From NCBI GenBank assembly GCA_030141605.1, contig JAQGDQ010001431.1, forward strand, positions 1-41,552: a DNA stretch of 41,552 nt, in the 5' to 3' direction. The notes under the pieces were generated by a model, which was not told the DNA's origin, did no database searches, and was given only the letters and a program-made list of their open reading frames with translations. A program made the translations under genes and the position numbers. Shown piece after piece: positions 1-8,842 of this stretch (within the stretch, counting starts at the first letter, position 1; every line of letters begins with the position of its first letter). The DNA comes from Tubiluchus corallicola (lineage: Eukaryota > Animalia > Priapulida).

Positions 1-19
1 ATTAATCGACTTCTCTTAC

Positions 20-71
20 AGCAATACGTAAAAAAATCATTTATTACTTCCTCGTTCAGTTACGTATTGCT
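20..71. other. Oxford Nanopore ligation-adapter remnant (technical artefact)
   Basis: 52-71 TCGTTCAGTTACGTATTGCT equals the 3' end of the ONT adapter top strand (AATGTACTTCGTTCAGTTACGTATTGCT); 20-31 AGCAATACGTAA is the reverse complement of its last 12 nt. Confidence 0.92.
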
Positions 72-148
72 CATGACCGGTCAGAATTCTATGTGGCAAT
101 TCGCCGACGGCACATCAGAACAAGTGGACGCAGTTATCCTGGCTACAG
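72..148 (+). CDS. FMO: FMO exon, truncated at its 5' side by the adapter/contig start
   Basis: QFADGTSEQVDAVILATG; donor G|GTTGGT at 149. Confidence 0.85.
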
Positions 149-3100
149 GTTGGTCAAGCATATGAAGTTTTGTAGGTCTTGTGAATTAGTTTACTAGCTG
201 GTTTAGTGGAACTCCTTAGGTGTGAATGCGTTAGTTATATATGTATCGATTACATATTTGATTTTTTATTTTTGAGTAAAATTTGATTTTTGCTACACAG
301 GTTACAACTACACATTTCCTGTGGTAGACAAGTCAGTTTTAGACACCGAAGACAATCGCGTTGAACTGTACAAGTACACTTTCCCCACACAGCTGAAAAA
401 TCCACAGTCTTTAAACTACCCCACGCTCTGTGTGGTTGGACTGGTGCAAGCCATAGGTGCTGTTATACCGATTTCGGAGATGCAGTCACGCTGGTTTACA
501 AAACTATTAACTGGTGAGTGTATTGTTCTGCAAGTTTGTTAAACTATATAGGTTTTACACGTCAAATGTAGACACAGGAAAGTTCAAATGTGACTTCGGT
601 AAGTCCAATGTAGACATAGCAATTTCGAATGTGTTTTCGAAACTCAAATGTGACTTAGGTAAGTCAAATGTAGATGCATTACTTTGAATAAATCCGTAAT
701 TAACTTATTTAAGTGCAAATTACAAAAAGATAAACCAAAGATAGTCATCACCTCTTTCAGAACTTTGAAAAATGCATTGTTTATCCTCAAACTAAATTCT
801 TTGATAAACCACAACGTCGGTAGAAAAGAATAAATTGGTTCCCACTTCCCAATGAACAGTGAATCACTAATTAGTTTTTTAAGTAATGCATTAGCACTGC
901 ATTAATGAATTAGTTTCTCTCAAGAAACATTGTTTATTTTAAGAATGTATTGTTTTCTCTAACAGTTCCAATGGTATGTAAAGTTTACAGAATATTAGTG
1001 AACTATTAGTAGACCTATAAAGTTATTATTTTCACAGCAATTATTAAATTTAGATTAAAGAAGATTAAATTTAACATCCTTAAACTTTACCACCTATCCA
1101 CATTTGCGATACCAACGTCACATTTGACTTGACATGTGTCTACATTTGACTTATCAAAAACGCTTAAGATTTCTTGAAAACCATTGTTAACACATTTGAA
1201 CTACCTAAATCTACATTTGAGTTACCAAGACACATTTGAATTGCCTAAATCTACATTTGAGTTAACGCAGGTCTATATTTGACCTGTAACACATGTAGTT
1301 TCAAATTTCCTTGGATTAGACTTAAAAACTGTAACACTTAAAATTTACTCAATTAATTCTTAAGCCTCGTATAATAGCGTGTTGAATTTACTGCAGTTTC
1401 AAAATGTTTCATGCAAATGATATATACATCCTCAGCGGTGAAGATTACCTGCAATTTAAATTAACGTTTACAAAAAAATTGGTCTCTCATTGCCAAAATT
1501 CACAAGTAATGAGACAGGTTACTGTAACATGTCTATAAGCAGTTTGTAACTGGTCTAGCAGACCTGGTACAGTTATCTTACACTGTTTTTTTACTTGTAA
1601 TTTTTTGCAATTCCATACCAATTGTTTTACAAATCTCAATTTAAATTTTAGGTACTCTTTCTCGAGTAGAATGTGTATAACATTTGCTTGAAATGTCTGG
1701 ATACTGCAATAAATTCAACGTGCTATCATATATGGTTATCTTGGATTTTCAACCTGTGATCATATTTATTCAATTAGTTTTATTTCATATGAACGTTATT
1801 TAATAAATTGCATTTGTCCTTATAGCCATTGGGCTGCAATCACGAAACAGCTCATTATATAGACCATTATACATTTTTAATAATAAATTTCGTCTATTTC
1901 TTTGTAACGTTTTAGGCTAAAAACACGTTTAGGACTTTTCTATACATTTGTGTGTTAAGCTGAGGCATTGTAGCACTGAGAGAATCCCGTCTATCAGTAC
2001 TACAATGCCTCAAGTTAGCGCACATATGTATGCAAAAAGTTTTAAACGTGTGTTCAGCCTAAATAGTTACAAAGAAACTGACGAAAGGTATTACTAAAAA
2101 TATATCTACTAAATAAGATCTTATTAAAGACAGACAGCTCCCCAATTAATGAAGTTCTCCCCAATGGATGTAATAAATGGGAGATAGTTTTGCAAGAAAA
2201 GCAGTCCTAGCAGTAATTTTTTCCGGCCTTTTTTTTCATCCAAATACTTGCTAGGTTTGCCGTTGTTTAACTTGGGTCGTCTTCTGTGGCACTTTCAGCA
2301 ATGGGAGAAGACACCAAAACAATACTGGGGCATTTTCCGCTTCTTCACAATACCTATTACAATACTTTAATAATCATGCTATAAAAAACAGTAATAAAAA
2401 ATTTATAATCAGTGTATTACAAAATAAGCTTGAAACAGTAAGTCTTTGGACTGATTTTGAAATCTGTTGATAATGGGGAGTAGGGGTGAGCATTCTCTAC
2501 CAGAAAGCGAATTCGAATCGAACCGAATTCGTGACTTTCGAACAAGTTTTCGAACCACCATTAAAAATTAGTCTTACAAAGATCATGCATATCACTAGAT
2601 TTTGTTCTGCAATAAAACGACTAATAATTTGTTTGAAGTTGTGTACAGAAATCACAGCTAAATTACGCTAATTGCACGATGTTTAAATCGTTTTAGTGAT
2701 CAGGAACATATGTGATTGAAGTGCTGAATTATTCGAATCTATAGTTTTAGATTCGAATCGAGTTCGAACTAAAAAAACTCGTTCGAATCGAATTCGAGCG
2801 TTCGAACTCGAACGTTCGATGCTCACCCCTAACGGGGAGCTAGAGGAAAGCACTCAGTATCCATCCAGAATGTCTCCAATATTGCGATTTCGCTGGCGAG
2901 TCTTATGAGAACAATCCTCTTATATTGCACTGTGTCCATTTGTCCAAAATTTGTGGTGATTCCACTAAAACAAGAGCAGTAAAAGGCGATAAACTACGCG
3001 ATTTTTTACTCATTCTCTTATGCGCCAAATTTCAAGGAAAAATAAGCAGTGCGCAAAAATGTGAATGTCCTTCAAGCGTTCCACTGATTTCTGACCTTGG

Positions 3101-6100
3101 CCGGGACTGCTTGATGATCCAGAGCTGATCCTTTCCAGGTCACCACTTCATCTGTTTAGCCAGACGGCTGGTTTGTTGAGACTGCGTGGCTTTAACCCCA
3201 TCTCACCATATCAAGTAACCAATTCTGGAACATGGAGGCCATATTCTAAAAACAGCACTATGACGTCCTTTCGCGTCCAGTTTTAGCTTTTTTCCAGATG
3301 CGCCCATTCTCCAATAACAAACATCAATCGCTTGAAGACGAATGTGTTGCCTGACCCAAAAATATACTTTGCCTATCGCACATATCGTCACGTACGCCAA
3401 CAAATGGATTTTTTCAAACTTATCCCGGGGAAACCTTATACGTTTTTTCCCACTTGCAAATGTTAAAATGCCGTTTTCATTTAAAAATACGCAGCGGTAC
3501 ACAGGCACCGCTTGACTGTCAGCGAACTTTTTTCGGTGGTTGGCCTCAATTAACGGCTTCTTCTCTCTAACTCTTTCGCTGTGGAAATGTGCGAACAGGT
3601 TGACGAAAGCGCTTGTGAAAAGAAACCGCAAATTTGGCACGACAAGCGCAAAGAGTGCAATCTTTTCAATAACAATGACAGAGTCAGCAGCCCTTAGCGT
3701 TGATGTTGAAATATTATTATAATTGTGACCAGGTTATAAAGAGGGGATAAATATGGCACACCTTCGACTCTGATTGTCCTACTTCGAGCTACTTCTTGGT
3801 TAGCGGTGATGCCGCAGAAAGAAATTGATTTTTCAATCAGACAGGGCCGGATTTTGATTTTGTAGGCTTTTGTTGACAATTAACAAAAGCATGAATGTTG
3901 GATTCATAAAATAAGTTTATTCAACATAGTGCCAACATTAGAACCACATTGGACGGGCGCAAGTCCAACACAACAAAAAGAGAAGACATATTCTGATTTG
4001 CAAAGTTAAAATGAGTTTTTAAATATTAAACATAATACGTACGAATTACAATAGCTGTAATTTATTCAGAGATGTGAACTCAATTCGTACAAAATTATGT
4101 CATTGTAATAAGGATTGCCAGTATGGCAGGACCAATGAGCTGGAATAATGAGCACAAGAAAGCATTGAGAAAGAAATTAATTGAGCCCTTTTAAGGAGAT
4201 TCTTGTTGTTGGCATCCTTCTGTCTCGGAAGACAATGGAATGTGCGCCAAGAGAGTCCGATCCTTGAACGTCTCCAGGGCGCACGGCTGGGCAAGGTGTA
4301 TGGAGGCCCTGAGTTGCCCAGACAACAGGAACCCCCTCTCTTCCTCCCTGGTGTAGTCCAAAGGAAAGCGGAGCGATACGTTTGGCACCAGGTTGGCAGC
4401 AGGAGCTGCCGGAGTCAGTGAGCATGCTGCAGTGGTCCGCCTTCGGGGCTCCACTCCTGATTTGGAAGGTTTACTCCTCTACACATGGCAGGTTGAGTCA
4501 CTTGACCTCCTCCGCCCTCCAGCCGTTGGCTGCTTGTGCAGCTCCTCCGCCTAGTGTCGAGATAGAGTGTGGGCATCCCGCAAGCCTACAGCACCTGGTA
4601 TTTCTTGGCGGTCACCCATCCAAGCACTAACCAGGCTCTACGTTGCTTAACTTCGGTGATCAGACGAGAACCGGTGTTTTCAACGTGATTTGGCCGTAGT
4701 CTTTATCTTCTTTAAGGAGAGATAATTCAGTATATTTCTTCTCTCATTCTATAGGAACTTTTCACAGTAAATTAATTCCACTTAATCTCTGGAGACTCCT
4801 CAACTCGTAGAGACCTCTGACGCAGCCCATAAGCCTTAATCAATTTTGCACAAGTTTACTATCACAATATGCAATAGAAGCCATATTCTTAATCAATTCG
4901 GTTAGCTAGTTACGTCAGAAAATGGTTTTGAAAGGAGGTAAAAAGTATCTTCGTATTAACCCTTTCATACCCGTTGTATCCCGTGAGATACGAGAATATT
5001 TTCTGCCTTTAAAATTAATAAAATTTTAAAACTGACAGTTATTTGATCTGTTAATAGTTATTTTGATTTAAGCCAATAACAATAGACTAAAAATGGCGAT
5101 AAAGTGGCAAACTAGAAAATCTACATAGCATAAAAAACTGCGCAAGGTACAGTACTTTAGAGAGACTTTGTACAGATCAGCATAGCTGCATACTAAATGT
5201 CTTAAATACTTAAATTCTTAAAACACATTTTTGCTTCTTGAATCTGCTCAAGGTACAGTACTTTAGAGACGACTTTGTACAGATCAGCATAGCATGCATA
5301 CTAAATGTCTTAAATACTTTAAAAAATTATCAGCTGTTGCAAAATGAAGCACATTTTATGCTTCCATTGAATCCCAATGTATCCCGTGGGATACAGGCTA
5401 AATTTAGCACGCGGGCACAGGTAGAAAAAATAATTATTATGTGTAAACAAGATGGACATACTGAACAAAAGTACCAAGCCAAATTTTTTTCTTATTAAAA
5501 AAATAATTTGGGACTGAAAGGGTTAACGTGGACTCAATTATGAAAACAGTAGTTACCAACTTGCTAGGGCTTGTATTTTCGTAGGGCGCTTGCTCCATCC
5601 AGGACATAAAAAAACTATTATTACTTAGCCAAATCTCGGAGCCTTTGTAGTCTATGCCTATTATTTAATTGAGTTATTGAAGCTGTTGGAGTTTTATAAA
5701 TCTAAAACTCGATCATCGCTTTTCTCTGCAGGTGCAGTATCTTGGCCTAAACAGGAAATCGTAGAGGAAGACGTCAAGAAAAAGAAAGAGGTGATCGAGA
5801 CACAGTATGTACAGTCCAAGCGCCACACATTAGAGGTGAGTTTGCGTGTTAGAAGACTTCCCACATTGTTGTTTGTTACAAAGTGTTGTAAAGGGAAGTG
5901 ACGAAAATCGCCTATTGTTACATAATTCGTTTTTGCGATTAGCAGCTACGCTAGCGTCACCAAACGGCGGAGGATTAAAAACTTTTGAGGGGCGCATTGA
6001 CTGTAATAATAATAATAATATTTTTTCCTTTGTAATTACAGTTACAATTACAATTCACATAATACACACACACTGATTACACTAATACATCAATGGTGTC

Positions 6101-8842
6101 GGCACACGCGCAATTTTGATAAGCCAAAATCACTTTTGTGTTTTTAATAAAAGAATTATTTCTCAAATGAAGGTAATCAATAGTTTAAAAAACTAAAAAC
6201 ACCTCATGAAAACGAAAAACAGTTGTATCAATAAGTTTGTACTTGCAGTTTTCTTCTAAGTAAGATCCCTATTTTTTGTTTGTTACAAATACTTTCACAA
6301 CAAACAATTCATCACCATTTAGGGCAAGGTGGATTTGAAAAGGTTAATAAAACTCTGTATTCTATCAAAAAGTTAAGTTTAGGACTTTTCTCACTAGCCG
6401 TGTTGCCCACTCAGTTTCGTACCTTTCTTGAAAATCGAATTTAAACATTAGAAAATTCTTGGCACATCTGCAGAAATTATGATGACTGTTTCGCTCAACA
6501 TGCAAGGAATTTGTGTTTGTTGATTTTGCTGATTTGAGCGATTTTCTGCATAAATTGTTTCTTCACTTTCAAACCTATTTTTACATTTGATGTTTTGTTT
6601 TCGTTTCGCTTCCACATTTTCTCAAAACCCGACCACGCCTAAGAAATTGATTCCAGGTCAAAATACAACACACAAAATACAACACAAACATTAATTACAA
6701 AATGCAGTAAAACTTTTTTGCCTGGTAAAACTAAATGTACGGAAATCACTGAAAATAATTTAAGCAAAAATTAAGGAAAGAATATAAGAGAAAAATGCTA
6801 ATCAACCATTTCGTTAACTTCTTCATTGCCTTCCCAATTGGATGGCAATTTTCCTAAGACTTTAAACACGCGCCAATACCAATAACAAACATATAATAAA
6901 TGCACGTCTTTAGTGATCTGATTAAATCATTATAATTTGATACAAAGGTTAAAATAAAGCTAATCAAGGGCGTATAGAAATAAATCTGCTGAGTCATCGG
7001 AATTCCTTTCTGCTCACGTTTCACAAGGTTACCCTCAAACTTTCTGTTGTTTACATTACACAAGTTGATTCTATTATTCAACGTGATAATTGCTGCAAAA
7101 GTAGATAATAACCCAGTAAACGTCAATGTGGTTGACATGCGATTAAAGTAGTGAAAGCTTAATTTCATGTTGTCAGGTGTATAAATATTGGACGGGAAGA
7201 AAAGGGACTGGTATGTTCCAGAAAAGCTTTCCAAACAAAGTTATATTACTTAACCTTTTCAGTCCCAAATTATTTTTTTATAAGAAAAAATCTTTGCCTT
7301 GGTACTTTTGTTCAGTATGTCCATCTTGTTTACACATAATAATTATTTTTTTCTACCTGTGCCCGCGTGCTAAATATAGCCTGTATCCCACGGGATACAT
7401 TGGGATTCAATGGAAGCATAAAATATGCTTCATTTTGCAACTGTTGATAATTTTCTAAAGTATTTAAGACATTTAGTATGCACGCTATGCTGATCTGTAC
7501 AAAGTCGTCTCTAAAGTACTGTACCTTGCGCAGTTTTTTATGCTACGTAGATTTTCTGGTTCGCCATTTTATCACCATTTTTAGTCTATTGTTATTGGCT
7601 TAAATTAAAATAACTATTAACAGATCAAATAACTGTCAGTTTTAAAATTTTATTAATTTTAAAGGTAGAAAATATTCTCGTATCCCACGGGATACAACGG
7701 GCATGAAAGGGTTAAAGTAGTGAAAGCTTAATTACAAGTTGTCAGGTGTATAAATATTAGAGGGGAATAAAAGGGAATTTAATGGAATGTTCCAGAAAAG
7801 CTTTCCAAACAAAGTTATATTACTTAGTATTTCGCTTACCTGTTTGAAAGACTTATGTAATTGGAAAAGAAACTTTTAATAATTTAAAATGTATGTTCTA
7901 CGTGGTAAAACATCACTGCATGGCCTGCCGTCCCAGTGTGCACCACTCATTCACAAAAAAACGTAATTATTAAAATTATTAACAAGATAAAGTAATTTAA
8001 ATTTTTGTTTAAGTAGCGAAAAGTGTGCTACGAATGATCTGATTATTTTTCCAAACTCTATGCAGCGTTATCTAAACTTGCTTCAAACAACTTGCCGTTA
8101 AAATGGCTTGCGCCCAACGGTATCGATGGAGTCTAGACTTACGAGTTTTATGCAGCGTTACTGCTGACGCAAGCCCTGTATGCAATAAGACATATTGAAA
8201 TTGGTGTCAAACTTAAGCTTTATGTATGAAGAGCGTATTTTTGTTCTTTAATGTATTTTCTGTTAGCCTAATACTAAAACTTACATTGGTGTGCAGCGAG
8301 CTCCTATAAGCTTTCAAATGTAGAAAACTTTAACTTATTAATTTTATAGCGTTTTAGTAAGAGTTAGGTGAGAATAATGACTGTGTAGTCACGGCTTGTG
8401 TTTGGTTGACGATGATGGTGCTTTTAATTTACAAGATTACAATCTGGCTGTTTTCTAGGCGTTTTGGATTCCCCTGATGGATGAGCTAGCCGAAGAAATT
8501 GGCGTCAAACCCGACCTCCGACGTCTCTTCTGGCAGGACCCCTTCCTGGCCATGCGCTGTTACTTTGGACCTTGCGTTCCAGCACAGTACAGACTGATGG
8601 GACCCAACTCGTGGACCGGTGCAAAAACGGCAATAAGGGACACCTTTAGCAACACCATGGCACCTCTGAAACGTCGGGCGGTGCCCCGTCCAGAGTGTAC
8701 CACCCAGATGATCACGGTCAACGACGAAAAGACAGTTGGTTATGCCATTATACCAACTTTTAAATATTTCGTTTGCTGCCTGCTTATCTTATGGGCAGTT
8801 TGGGCTCTATGCAAGATTATTACTGCAATGAAATCTTTATAA
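72..8842 (+). CDS. FMO: Flavin-containing monooxygenase (FMO1-5 type), 5'-partial; join(<72..148,301..513,5732..5835,8459..8842)
   Basis: Spliced translation FADGTSEQVDAVILATG|YNYTFP...LYKYTFP...PTLCVVGLVQAIGAVIPISEMQSRW...|...MDELAEEIGVKPDL...DPFLAMRCYFGPCVPAQYRLMGPNSWTGAKTAI matches the animal FMO C-terminal half (FATGY-like motif) and ends in a hydrophobic anchor. All introns GT-AG, phases 1,1,0 consistent. Paralog not assignable. Confidence 0.95.
301..513 (+). CDS. FMO: FMO internal exon
   Basis: Acceptor ctacacag at 300; YNYTFP...EMQSRWFTKLLTG; donor GTGAGT at 514. Confidence 0.95.
549..1295 (+). mobile_element. MITE family A (TA target, Tc1/mariner-like), copy 1
   Basis: TIR TAGGTTTTACACGTCAAATGTAG, TA flanks, subterminal TCAAATGT repeats about every 20 bp; five independent copies in the window. 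Confidence 0.85.
1369..1731. mobile_element. Degenerate long-TIR MITE
   Basis: ~120-bp imperfect inverted arms (tataatagcgtgttgaatttactgcagt... / ...actgcaataaattcaacgtgctatcata). Confidence 0.6.
1870..2104. repeat. ~235-bp imperfect palindrome (fold-back MITE)
   Basis: tgaggcattgtagcactga / tcagtactacaatgcctca at the centre, pairing continues out to tttttaataata / tattactaaaaa. Confidence 0.8.
2481..2831. mobile_element. Non-autonomous hAT-like element
   Basis: TIR TAGGGGTGAGCAT / ATGCTCACCCCTA; 8-bp TSD ATGGGGAG / ACGGGGAG; clustered subterminal TTCGAA motifs. Confidence 0.88.
4200..4710 (-). mobile_element. 5S rRNA-headed SINE (SINE3 type), copy 1
   Basis: 120-nt 5S head, ~380-nt GC-rich body, short (AAC)n tail. 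Direct repeat TTTAAGGAGA at 4190-4199 and 4711-4720. Second copy at 22624-23110. Confidence 0.88.
4582..4701 (-). rRNA. Full-length 5S rRNA-like sequence (SINE head; probably not a functional 5S gene)
   Basis: GACTACGGCCAAATCACGTTGAAAACACCGGTTCTCGTCTGATCACCGAAGTTAAGCAACG...GGATGGGTGACCGCC...CCAGGTGCTGTAGGCTT; box A and box C present; no oligo-T terminator. Confidence 0.75.
4960..5522 (+). mobile_element. piggyBac-like MITE, copy 1 (internal ~70-bp duplication)
   Basis: TTAA|CCCTTTCA...TGAAAGGG|TTAA; internal palindromes TGTATCCCGTGGGATACA. Confidence 0.92.
5732..5835 (+). CDS. FMO: FMO penultimate exon
   Basis: Acceptor tttctctgcag; AVSWPKQEIVEEDVKKKKEVIETQYVQSKRHTLE; donor GTGAGT at 5836. 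Confidence 0.92.
7254..7711 (-). mobile_element. piggyBac-like MITE, copy 2 (inverted)
   Basis: TTAA|CCTTTTCAGTCCC...ATGAAAGGG|TTAA; reverse complement of copy 1. Confidence 0.92.
7896..8270 (+). repeat. Old dispersed repeat of unknown class (also ~14290-14645, ~20535-20895, ~38945-39172)
   Basis: Shared blocks cccagtgtgcaccact, gtgctacgaatgctctgatt, aaaatggct, tgtatgcaataag; boundaries approximate. Confidence 0.75.
8459..8842 (+). CDS. FMO: FMO last coding exon
   Basis: Acceptor ttttctag at 8458; AFWIPLMDELAEEIGVKPD...; TAA at 8840-8842. Confidence 0.95.
   Translation, partial: AFWIPLMDELAEEIGVKPDLRRLFWQDPFLAMRCYFGPCVPAQYRLMGPNSWTGAKTAIRDTFSNTMAPLKRRAVPRPECTTQMITVNDEKTVGYAIIPTFKYFVCCLLILWAVWALCKIITAMKSL

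Larger units (their letters stand above)
3842..4840 (+). mobile_element. hAT-like element (CAGGGCCGGATT end) hosting the 5S SINE
   Basis: Aligns with 26610-27671 on both sides of the SINE; right end degenerate. Confidence 0.7.

Noticed and set aside
4100-4630. Overlapping ORFs here and at 22550-22863
   Set aside because: They lie in the GC-rich SINE body and indels between copies break the frames.
4582-4701. Functional 5S rRNA gene (also 22991-23110)
   Set aside because: No terminator, no tandem array, no shared upstream flank, fused to a common body with a TSD.
6854-7458. ORFs of 126 and 93 aa in the FMO intron
   Set aside because: AT-rich, no recognisable motifs, partly within the piggyBac MITE and its flanking duplication.
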